64,000 bases of DNA from Cirrosporium novae-zelandiae (Eukaryota): contig JAPETS010000029.1 in NCBI GenBank assembly GCA_026023565.1, positions 1 through 64,000 on the forward strand. The letters run 5' to 3'. Made by a program: the position numbers and the translations under genes. Of this stretch, positions 1 through 11,929 are shown in pieces (positions within the stretch are counted from its first letter, which is position 1; every line of letters begins with the position of its first letter). The notes under the pieces were generated by a model that had not been told where the DNA came from, did not search any database, and saw nothing but the letters and a program-made list of their open reading frames with translations.

Positions 1-3000
1 GTTGATAGAGAGCTTGATTTATTGTTAATCTTCCCATCTGTGAATCGCCGATTCTCACAAAAGAAAAAATAATGTTCTAATCTTCATTGAGGTTTTGAAT
101 CAACCAACCAACTAACCCCCCCCCCCCCTTTTTTTTGTTACATCACCTGCTTCAGAAAAGAGCCCTTCCAAGAATCCTAGAATTATGCAAATAAGCTTGG
201 GCAGTTATCGTCCATCAAGAAGTCTATTCCTGGTACCTCCAAAAGCAGAAGGTGGAAATGTTGTATTAAATTAAGTCCTGTCTATTATCATTTCAAACTG
301 TGTTTGGGCACGTTGGGGTAGGTTGTGTAAAGTCAATAAATCATTGACCTTTAACTGAACCTCTGTTAAGCTCCAGCGGACTGCGGGGTGATGAAACTTT
401 GACCCAAATCATGTACTTTCAACGTTGATTGGATTTGTATATAATCTTTAAGATTGCGAAGCAATTTAATGCATGTAAGTAATTAGTAGTATCAAGAGGA
501 AGAATATTTAGGGAGCCAAGAGCCACATGCGCTTGATTAGGATAGGTGCCAATGAATAATAATTAGATAATCATCTAATAATTATCATGGTTATAATTGT
601 CCATGGATGAGGGTTGTTGGAAGTGTGGCTGAGGGAATAAATTTAGAATGCTGCGGATTCGAAAAAAGAAAGAGAGAGTGGCAGTTTTCTCATCAATGGA
701 TTTTAGCAATGCTATAAACTTCGCCCTGGAGGGTTTTTAGGGTCCTGACAAGTTCACTAACTACAAGTTACAACACTGTTGACTTCACCGGCCATTCCCG
801 CTTAAGCCTTTTTACTTGCTAATCTTGCTAATCTCCACAATATCGCTATCCTTTGATCTTTCCTAATGTGGTGATTGCTCAGTCGATGCGCCAAGCCTCT
901 AGTTCTTAATCGGGGAATATCTTTTTCACTTCTCTCAACTCCCTTGATTCTTGTCCAACTAAATTGCGCCAACCTATTTTAGCGTAGATAGAGTTTATGT
1001 AGGGCTGGCGATTAGTTAATCTTTTCCCAAGGCCATCTTAAATCCACCAGTCCTCATTTGATTCTCTGATTTCAATTTTTTTCACCCTTTTGACCGGAAC
1101 CTTTTTATTATGTGAAAGATATCTGCTCTCCCATAGACCCACACCCTCTTTGCACCAAACAACCGTTGAAATAGGTCCCCTCGCAAGGTTTGCACCACCT
1201 GCACCGTCAGGAGGTACACAGGAACTAGATGGGGGACAAGTTTCCTAAGATTCCCGTAAGGATGCTTTCCTTTAATCCTCTTGCTCTGAATCGGACTTTT
1301 GAAACAGGGGTCAGGAAATAGCGAATATACACAGTCAAGGGATTCTGTGGATGATTACCTAGATAGTCACTGTAGACCGGAGTTGTATTTATCCGACGGT
1401 AGTATTACTTTCAACCGTGGAACCTGTCAATGCATGCAAAGGTGACCCGTCAGAAGTATACACTCATCATCATTATCATGACCATCATATGCTGGTGGTG
1501 GAATAAATGAATGGGATGGATTCTTGGATGGTCAGCCCTATGTAACCCAGGAAAAAGAACCACGTACGGTACAGGAGAGTAGTTCCCAGACGGCAAATTG
1601 CCCGTGGCTCCCGCCCTGTGAATGAAGTTTGGGCCATTGGTGTGTTTAGGCCGAACCTCGAACTTACGGACTTAAGTACAGTACGGTAACTTTGGTTCGC
1701 ATCTGAACCGTGCGTGCGCGCTTCGGGCCTACCGAGGTTCCAATGTCTACACAATTAACTTAGGTAGTCAGACTCTCAGACTCATCACCACCACCATCAA
1801 CTCCAAAGCCGTTATGAGACGTTATTGGTCTTTCCAGTAAATTCCAGGAGTAATGTGTCATCTTATTTCCTTTCCTCGCATCTTTTACTTTTTGAGCAGC
1901 TACCAAATCATATTGACTGATGAGACCTAGAGGTTGGTGCGTTGTTCTTTCCTCCGTTTTTTGACCACTAATGTAGATTCGCAAACCGTTACAACTGACC
2001 AGATACTAATTATCAAATTGTCAATTGAAACTGTTTTGGCGCCAACTATTATCTCCCAAGAAATGAATATTTCTTAGTTTGTGTTAATGGCGTTAAGATT
2101 GATGCCCCTGCAGCCATGTGTTTAAATTGATACCCATGGAATGTTTGTCGCACGGCCTACCCGAGGCGGGGATCCTTCTGTACAGACGGATACTTTCTCA
2201 AGATTATGGTCATTGATATTGCATTGATCTAATCTCCTCCTTGAAGACTGACTCATTTGATCCTCTTCATTCCAGAGAGGAATTGATTAAGGGTAGAAAA
2301 TCTTGGCCAATAAGGAAGCTAAACGAATAGCGTTGGGTGCAAGGGTCCTGGAACGACAAAAAAACAAAAAAGAAACCCACAAGGAAAAGGCAATTTTTTA
2401 AAAAAGAAAACACTCCACAGCCTTATGGAAAGTATTAGGCCCTGGTTCATGAAATTGATGAGGCTCAAATGCTATGTTATGGAGCCAGTGTGGCTATGCC
2501 AACACATCTGCTTCCTCGACCAAGTAACTATACATCATAGATTGATAAAAAGCCGGAGGAAGCGGTGAAAAAGAAGATGCTTCGTGCGGGAAAGTAGGCG
2601 CAGGGGAGTGTTTAGCGTGATTTCAGTGGACCAAGATAGAAAACGGTGGCAGTGTCACGAGCCCCGGGCCACAATTGATTTAAACGAACGAATGACATTT
2701 AAGTTAAAGCGAAGCCAAGCTCACATCTAAAGGCTTCTAACTGTTTTAGTGCAGAACCACTGCATTGGCTCTGCTGGCGTCACCGCATCTGGGGGACCAA
2801 AACTTTCGGCACCTTTGGGATAATCAGATTTACGGAGTCGCCCTCACCGACGCTTGGAGCGGCCCATCGGGTCCCTAGCTTTCATGGTTTAATTTTTGGA
2901 CAAAAGGGGGGTATCGGCCCGAATTACCAACATCCTGCCAAAAAATCTTCATCAAATAATACAATCCGCCAACCACTAAGAGTCCTGAGATCAAAGATAC

Positions 3001-4338
3001 AAGGTATCCCATCCTTCCCACGCGACATGCTTTAGGACCCCTTCTCTCTTTTTCTGTTTTTCAAATTCTCTCCCGCCTTTATCCGTCAGCATTCAAAAAC
3101 CTCCCCCCAAATTGTTAACCGGTTGTTGGGGACGGGCACTTGAGAGAGTTGGAACTTTAGAAAAGGAAGACAGGGTCTAGTCTAGTGAATCTCATGCACC
3201 TTGCGACTAATTTACATTTGAGTCTTGGTCAAGGAAAATGGGGGCCATTATGCCCAACTCCATCCATTACCTTCACAATCCCCCCCCCCCTCCGGGATCA
3301 ATTAATATTATCCAAGACAGGAAATCCATGCGATGGCGGGAGAGTTGTATTATGCATCTCGATTTACATGCTCTCGAGATCCTCGGTGGTTTTCTTTTTA
3401 AGACGTGTTTTGTACAGTACAAAGAAATATTAAGTGATCCGTAAGGAGAGTGATTAGGGTGGTTAGATGAATGGGATTGGATGATGATAAATACAATTGT
3501 TAGAATCGAGTTATAGATGGCTTCCAAAATAGGAGTCTGACGGTACAAAGTCGAGTCCTGAGAGGGCTTATGCTTCGCATCAACAAGCGATTGGCCGCGG
3601 GACAGGTCATTGCTTACCGAAATGGTGTGCCTCCTCTACGATCTTATCCTTATTGAGATTTGCCCACCAAACCCATCCGAGAGGAATTCATCAATGTCAA
3701 TCTGTCGCTATCAACTACCAAAACCTCATCATGGCCCAGGGATTTGTCTAGGGTATCGAGTATCCATCTTTTAGATCAACAATCTTGAATGCGAAATGCA
3801 CTCACCAGACATTCAAAATCTGTAAGGACTGTAGGGACTGTAGGGTCTATGGAGATCTGGTAGGGATTCTTCACCGTTGATTGTTGTCGAGAATAGGTGG
3901 GAGTAACAGATGGCAGTAAGCAAAAAGGGCGGACAGAGCGGATATTTCTCTTTCTCGGCTTGTGTTTTTCACCGACCTTAGCGGGATGAATATGCATGAT
4001 GAAATTTCACACAACCCTCAAAATAATCAAAGATGAAAATCAGTCATCCAAATTAATAATCTATGTTTATTACAACGTACAAGCTATATGTGTGTAGGAG
4101 AAACTAGAGACTAACGAACGAGCTATGGCCATCGGGAAGGGTTTGGTTTAAATCTTTTTAATCATGAAGGATTATGATGCTGATACCTAGCTAGACAAGA
4201 GTTATTCTAGGCAAGGCACACACAGCACATACTCGAGTAGAGAAATATGGCATCATCATTTGATATTAGCTAATTTTGTTAGGTATAGTTGGTTAGGTAG
4301 TTTTTAATTAGGTAGTTAGAGAGTAGTTCTAGTTTAAA

Positions 4339-4362
4339 ATCATCATCATCATCATCATCATC
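4339..4362. repeat. (ATC)8 microsatellite
   Basis: Read directly from the sequence. Confidence 0.9.
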
Positions 4363-5399
4363 AAGTTTCAAAGGGAAGGGGGGGGGGGGTAATGGTTAAC
4401 TAAAATTGAAGCAGGGAAAAAGTTATCGGAGAGGCCGTGTAATGGGGAAAATGAACAAATGACTTGGGGGTTGTTTGTTTAGTTTGTTTAAATGACTGAA
4501 AAGAGATGTTCGGTCTACTGTATTGTGTACAGACAGTATTAATGATGTTTTCTTTACACCCCCCCCTGGTTTTAGACTCTTGTTTAGTTTCCTTTAGCTT
4601 CCTTTAGCTTCCTTACGCTTTTTTCCCCTCGGCTTTTCCTTACCACCCTTACCACACCCTACGCTTTTCCCTACGGCCTTTGCGGTGTCTCGCGTAGGTC
4701 GGTAGGGCAATGCATGGGCCGGCGACAGGGTTCGTTAGGCTACTTTTGCTGCGGCCTGTAGCTTGCAATAATGTAGGTCCCATCTGGACACGATGGTACA
4801 CCAAAACCAAAACCTCCCTGGCCCTGGAATCTGATGTTCGTGTGGCTTCTTCCTTCCTAAGCTCTTTCTGCCTCGCGCTTCCTCTGCTTCTGCCTTTTGC
4901 ATCACTTCTGCTAAATGCATTTAACTATCCTTTTCGCCCCCGTTTTTTTCCTGTCCTTCTTTCCGTTATGTCCAACGAAGCTTGTTTTTCCATATATAAT
5001 CAAATCAGCCTTATAGCCATATCAACCATTTGACTCTTGACTTCTCCCGCTACTCCTGCTCAACCCTTTCTTCTCTGTCCGAGACTTATCTGGTGGATCT
5101 CGGAAATCAAACCTTTTACCTAGCTCATTAACATCTTCAGCTTTTCTGAGACATCCCGAGCCTTCTTGTTCCTTCAATATTCAGCCCTATACAACACTAC
5201 CAACTCGGTATCAATTGTCAGTGTATTCGCTCGCATCTCGAGTGCTCTGAACTCGAGCCGCTCTATATTAGCCAAAATAGAGCCGTAAGTTTGAGGCCTT
5301 CCATGACTGCTCTTGTTATTCAAGAATCTTTTCTGATCCTCTTCTCCAGCCCTTCTTTCGTTTTCGCAGTGCACTGGTGTACGGCCTTGGTCACCGAGC

Positions 5400-7970
5400 A
5401 TGGCTTCCAAAGCTGCCCAGGGCAACCCGATCCAGGCCACCTTCTATAGTGAACAGGACAAACTCCTAAATAGTCAGACATTTGCATATCCTCCGTATGA
5501 GGACTACAGCTTTGCCGCAACGACCTATGATTCCTTTGCCTCGATACCTACCTCAACCTCCAGCATCTCTATGGCTCCTATGTCCGCATATGATACACTA
5601 GGAGCCTTCAAATACGGCACCTACCCTCAGGCGTTGTCAGAGTCCCCTTCTCTCATTCCGCCAGCTCTTACAGATCTTCCTTCGACCATGTCATCATCAT
5701 CTAGTGCCTCTGTTCCAAGTGCTGCCTCCTCAGCCATTGGATCCCCCAATTCGAGTGTTGCGCAAGCCTTTACCGGCCAAGAGAACTGGATGGACATGAG
5801 CCATGGCCTGGGTTTCGTATCAGGGGTTCTTCCATCTGAAAACTTTGGAAACGAGACCTTTATGTCATCCGGATTGGACCACGAAAACATGTATGCTACA
5901 ACCAAGATTCCCGGCTTTGTTGGTAAGTCAGAAGGCATTTCTTCAGCTTTCAAATCAAATTTAGTTCCATTTCAATCTTCGAATTCTGTGTCCATTACTT
6001 CTTCTGTTACGCACAATGAAACATTGCGCGGCTCTCATATCACCATGGAGTCCCCTATGAACGAAACCGACAGTCAAGCTACGACCCCTCGTGCTGAGCA
6101 GTATTCCTCGCTCGCAACTCCTCCGGGTAACACATCACCCATCCTATACAACAAAGGTGCACGTCAGCGCTCTTTGGGAGGGATTCGACCTTTTAAATCT
6201 CCTATTACACCCGCATCTGCTCTGCCGTCTTCCTCGCCAGTGAATTCTCCCGAAACATCTTTCCGACGACGCTCTCGGACCCAATCAATCTCAAGTCCTT
6301 CTCTCTCTCATTTCCGAGGTTATCCTTCCACGTCTTTGGCTACAACTGATATCGGCCATGTTCATTCTCCCGTTCAGGCTTCTACTACTCATCTTCATAC
6401 GCCTTTTTTTGCTCAAAGCAGTGGCAATTTCGTTGCACCTCTTGAATCATCTTGTCGGTTTCCTCTTTAAATCCAATGCATTTTATGATATATTTTTTAT
6501 ATTGAACTTTTATTTTCAATTAGTTTCCAAAGTTATTCATCACAAGCTAACTCTTATTTTCCCGCAGACCCAAATCTAATTCAGTCATACCCTCCACCTC
6601 CCACTATGGACCCTGGTTACCAATACGGCCATGAATACAGCACTTTCTCCTCTGGCCCCAATGCGGCTCTGAATCCCGCATCACCGACCCCTTCACATTC
6701 TTCTGTTCAAAGTTATCATGCTCCACAATCAAATCTCAACAACGCTGTCCAGCCATCATTCCATTCCACTTTCCAACAACAGTTTGTTCAGCCGTTGGGA
6801 AGAAGCCCATCAATCAGCTCTTCACGATCACATCACAGTCCTCGAAGTGGAAGCGACTTCGGAGATGAAGGACGGGAGAAAGGGCGATGCCCAATACCAG
6901 AGTGTGGCAGGGTCTTTCGAGACCTTAAAGCACACATGCTAACCCATCAAACCGAAAGGCCAGAGAAATGTCCCATCACTACGTGCGAGTACAACCAAAA
7001 GGGATTCGCTCGTAAATATGACAAGAATAGGCATACTCTGACTCATTACAAAGGAACCATGGTTTGCGGTTTTTGTCCTGGGTCTGGCTCTTCGGCAGAG
7101 AAGAGCTTCAATCGGGCCGATGTCTTCAAGAGGCATCTGACATCTGTTCATGGGGTCGAGCAAACACCACCAAATAGTCGACGGAAGAGTCCAAATTCGG
7201 CTGCTGGATCTACCAGAAAAATCTCAAGTTACTGCCAGGATGCCACTGGCAAGTGTTCAACATGCTCGGGAACATTCAGCAATGCCCAAGACTTTTACGA
7301 GCATCTGGACGACTGTGTTCTTCGTGTTGTCCAACAAGAGGAACCAAGCGAGGCGATAAATGCCCAGAAGATGGCAGAGATGGCCAACGATAAGGAAGTT
7401 AAAGAGACGTTGGAGAGGAACATGCTCACAAACACGATGGACTCAACTTCGTTTGAAGGCCAAGAAGATGAAGATGAAGATGACGATGATGAAGAGGAAG
7501 AGTCGAGCGATCATGGCAACGATAGATCTGGAAGAGGGTCTCTAAGAACATCATCAAAGAACCATGGAAACGTCTTAGGACCCAATAAGAGTGGCATTGT
7601 AAAGCGAACTACGGGGCCTCGAAAAGGCCTCACTCATTCGAAAGGAGGCGTACCTTCGGTAGGCAAAGGCCGAAAGAAGCGCAAGAATTATCCCCCATCA
7701 TGGGGTGTCAACCCGGAAAAGATGAAGATGAAGAAGCGGGTTGTATGCGTGTACGATGGACAGCGACGGCTTTGGAAGGATGAAATGATGCTCCACAACG
7801 ACTTCGAGGTACGAATGCCTCTGGCTGATGGTACTTCGTATGTGACCGACCTCGATGTCAAGACTCTTCAGCGAACCGAAGCATTGCATAACGCTACCGA
7901 GGAGGAAAAGGGACCTTGGAATCCAGAGTCGCAGCAAGATCTCGATATCGAGCAGCTTATGCGTGTATGA
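5400..7970 (+). CDS. C2H2 zinc-finger transcription factor, two coding exons with alternative 5' splice sites
   Basis: The Ser/Pro-rich ORF from 5400 joins via donor GTAAGT (5923) or GTCGGT (6454) to acceptor CGCAG (6567, branch GCTAAC just upstream). Exon 2 encodes C2H2 fingers (CPIPECGRVFRDLKAHMLTH, CPITTC..RHTLTH, CGFC..RHLTSVH), an acidic tract and a basic KGRKKRK motif. A probable 5'UTR intron lies at 5285-5369. Confidence 0.9.
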
Positions 7971-9057
7971 TTCCCTGTATTATTACCTACATTTGACTTG
8001 CATTTTGTGTGATGAGCGTTTCAGCGATACCGGCTTGGTTGAGGTCTTTGGGAGTGGCAAGACAAGTCACATTCGTTTATGAGATCACGACCTTGATGAT
8101 GGAAAGGGGCAAAATCTTTTCAGGATATGCATTGATTGTGCTTTGGGTCAACGGAGTGAACAGAAAAAGGGATCCCAAAAATCGGCTTGCCATTTATGTT
8201 ATAATCCCTAATCTTTTATGTAGCCATCTATTGGTGCTGGTCACAAATTGGAGAGGTGGCCATGTACTTTTGATAAACTTCTCACAAATGTCAATGATTT
8301 TTAACATCTCACAATTACTTCCATCCCCTTAGTAAAATCGAGGAAAAGTAGAGTGAATGGAATGATGCCGTTAGAGATCTCGCCTTGATCTTTCTTCCAA
8401 GTATTTGGTAGCGTATGCTTACACTGGAGTCAGTCCTGTGCACCTCCTGGGGATATAACAGATAAATGCACTGTCTCCTATGCCAATCCTTGGGGATGTT
8501 GTTGGGGACTCTGGAACGGCGGAGTCGTACGCGTAGGATCAAGCTTTAGATTACCAACATAGCTCATAGTTGGTTTCATTGCTCGTGGTGCTTACACTCT
8601 AGCAAATATTAACTAGTAGTTTTCTCAGGTACTTGAAATGTAGATATTTTAAGGAGGTGCTGTGTTATGTAGGACGGTGATGTTCATTTTATCTGTGGCT
8701 AGCTAAACAGTTCTAAGGTTAACATGTCGCAGGTGAAATAAAAGGGCTCACGTTGCCTACGGCCAATCGGTGGTAATTTTATCCGGAGTATGATAAACTT
8801 CTCGCCCGAGAAGTTGATTAAGATGTCTACATAGCACTGTCGCCTGTTAAGCTGTTGATGATATATTTCATAATCTCCTCGCAAACAGCGCGGTCGAAGT
8901 AGTTTGGGAAGCTTTATTCTGGTCGGTTCGAGTAAAGTACTCACATCCAGATTGAACTAATTTCCAGCGCAAAACTTAAATTACTTGAAACTTATTACAT
9001 CTCGCGGGGGCAACCACGCCCACTCTGCCAACTTCAACACCACTAATTCTACCAAAG

Positions 9058-10665
9058 ATGGCAGCCGGCCAGGTTGAGCCGTCCAAGACTGTTAAGCTAA
9101 CGATGCCAAAGTATTCTTCTATCATGGTGATGGGTAAGTGAGGCTAATATTCATTTTTCCAATTCCTTGACCTCTACAGGCCGTTGGCAGGACTTACAAA
9201 ATGGATAGATCCCCCAAAATTTGACCTTGATTCCTACATCGCCAATTACCGAGGTATGTTTATTATTTGCAACTACTAAGGGGTTAGCTAACTGTTCATT
9301 TAGGGAAGACAAGGTTCTATCGACTCTGCTTGATCGGTCAATGTTCAGCCTACTTGCAACTTGAAGCCCTCAAAGCAGCCGTCGCCGAAGCAAAAAAAGG
9401 TAAAAATGTGGATGACTATGATTATGCTGTAAATGCTCTTCGCGATGCCAGCCCAGATGATCCAGATGCTATTATCGATACTACATGGCGTCTAAAAACA
9501 ATGAAGCATGTCAATGCCGAAACTGAAAGGTTGGAAAATGAATTGAAAGGATATAAAAATAATCTGATTAAAGAAAGTATTCGCGTAAGTTGAACATGTC
9601 TTTCCCCGTTCCCTAGAATAGGCATGTTTGAACTGACATCAGAACATATAGATGGGACATGAAGATTTGGGTGCTTGGTATCATCAGACTGGCAACCTCC
9701 TACTTGCTACAAAGGCTTACGCCCGTATGCGTGACTATTGCACCACTCCAGCTCACATGAATTTCATGCAATTAAGGGTTATCGAGGTCTCTATTGACCG
9801 TGGTGATTGGATGGCTGTTCAGTCCAACGTCACCAAGATCCGAAACCTATCTGAGGGATCCAATAAGTTGGAACCAAAACTATCCACGGCTATGGGCTTA
9901 TCTCATCTGGCAGGGTCGTCATATAAAGAGGCTGCAAAAGATTTCTTGAATACTCCAACCAGTCTCGGGGACAGTTTCAATAACTTTATCACCCCAAATG
10001 ATGTTGCAGTCTACGGTGGACTCTGCGCATTAGCCACAATGAACCGTACTGAACTTCAAGAAAAGGTCTTGGATAATGCATCTTTCCGCAATTTCCTAGA
10101 ATTGGAGCCACACATTCGTCGCGCCATCTCCTTCTTCGTTAAATGCAGGTATACCCAGTGCCTCGAGCTTCTTAATGCCTATAAGAACGACTATCATCTA
10201 GATCTTCACCTACAACGACATATCACTAAGATATACGGCGAGATTCGTGATAAGAGCATTGTTGAATACTTTGTTCCCTTTAGCAGCATCCGGCTGGAAT
10301 CAATGGCATCCTCCTTCCCTGGTGATCGACCAATCAAAGATGAAATGGTTGAGATGATCCAGAACGGTCTTTTGGATGCACGGATAGATTCACCAGCCAA
10401 CCTACTCATCAAGCATAAAGTTGATCCAAGAATGATGGCATATGAAGGGACGATAGCCAAGGCAGAAGGGTATAAGCAAGCATTGCGGATGCGCCTCTTG
10501 CACATGAACATGGTCGAGGCCGGATTGGTGGTGCAACCGCCGAAGAAAGGAGGACCCGGAGGACAGGAGGCATTAGGGAGAGGAGCAGGGGTAGGGGATG
10601 TGATGATAGCTGGGCAAGGAGGTCATGGGATGTCAAGAACATGGAGGGATGCCGAACACATTTGA
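9058..10665 (+). CDS. CSN1: COP9 signalosome subunit 1 (RPN7/PCI domains), 4 exons
   Basis: The spliced product reads ..MDPPKFDLDSYIANYRGKTRFYRL..LENELKGYKNNLIKESIR|MGHEDLG..YARMRDYCT..DVAVYGGLCALAT..FLELEP..ARID. Introns have canonical GT..AG ends. Confidence 0.93.
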
Positions 10666-11717
10666 ACCGAAATGTTTTTCTTGAAAGGTCGGATTGTCGA
10701 ATAGTCTAACGAGATGACGGAACATTGCATACAGCGACGGCGTTGATGGTACTCTGAAGGTCAGGTGGGGAGAGGGCGTTGGTGCTTTTACCAACGGTCA
10801 TGATAACCTGGTAGGTGAATTACGAGGGCACGTAGCTAAGAGACGAATGCCTTTTAGTTTAGATGGCAGTAGCACCAGCAGCAGTGAAGATGGACGATGA
10901 TACCCTAGATCTCTTGATGAGGCTCGGCTTAGTGGCTAGGCAGTTAAAAGTGACAGCAAGTCATTGGCTAGTTAATGACTACCGACTTGAACTCGGTTGA
11001 GAAGAAGGCGACGGGTATTCCTCGGAGGTAACAATTGGAACAGATTTGGTACTTTATAGTGTTTAGGTGAGAATGTAAGGTAATATTAGTATATGGCGAG
11101 GGAGATGGTATGAGGCGTTCGGGGGACATGGGGCATACACGGTGCTATGGGTCAATTAGGTTTAACGGTAGTCACTCACAGTCTAAACATTGCATATTAG
11201 TGGATGTGACACCTGATGCAACAGATGAAAAGAAAAAGAGAAAAAAAGAAAAAGAGAAAAAAAGAAGAAGGAGAATAAATAGAAGCAGATTGAAAATTGA
11301 AGGGATTAGTCTAAGGGATTAGTTATTCTATAGAAGATGATTATTTATACATGTCAATAATGGAGAGGTTCTTCAGGATGAATAAAATGGTGAATCCGAT
11401 ATTGAGGATACAGTAATTAGTGGGAGATGAGGGATGGGGGATGAGGAGATGACCGACAGAGAAGCAGGGCACGTGGGAACCGAAGAAGCCGGAAAGGGTT
11501 GGCATTCCGATCTCCGCTGTGGGGGAAACGAGGGGATCCCCAGCTCTTTCCTTATCCAGTAATCCCCGCTCAACCAGTCAGACGGTGAAGATGCCGGTGT
11601 CAATCTTCACACGCCAAAGCTTCTATGTTTTGTCAATGCTCGCTGCTACCATGTTCTCCATAGTCTCCTCTTTCGTTTACTTTCGTACCACGTTATAGTA
11701 AACATCACTGCTACTAT

Positions 11718-11776
11718 GTTCGGTATTTTCTATACCGAACGGTTCCATCGGTTTAATCGGTTTAATCGGTTCAATC
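11718..11776. promoter_or_regulatory. Candidate Zn2Cys6 binding sites upstream of the GH78 gene: CGG-N11-CCG palindrome and 9-bp CGG repeats
   Basis: GTTCGGTA-N7-TACCGAAC at 11718-11740, followed by about three copies of ATCGGTTTA at 11747-11776. A TATA-like TATATAA lies near 11838. Confidence 0.6.
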
Positions 11777-11929
11777 TTCCTCCTTGGTATCATGATTCAT
11801 GGTGCTGTTGACATGATATACCATAACTGTAGAAAGTATATAAGGACCAATTATGATGAATATATCCTTTCTCCTACAGGTCGACTTTCCTCCAATTTCC
11901 TTCCAAGTTCTGCTTTCTCTGACTTCAAG

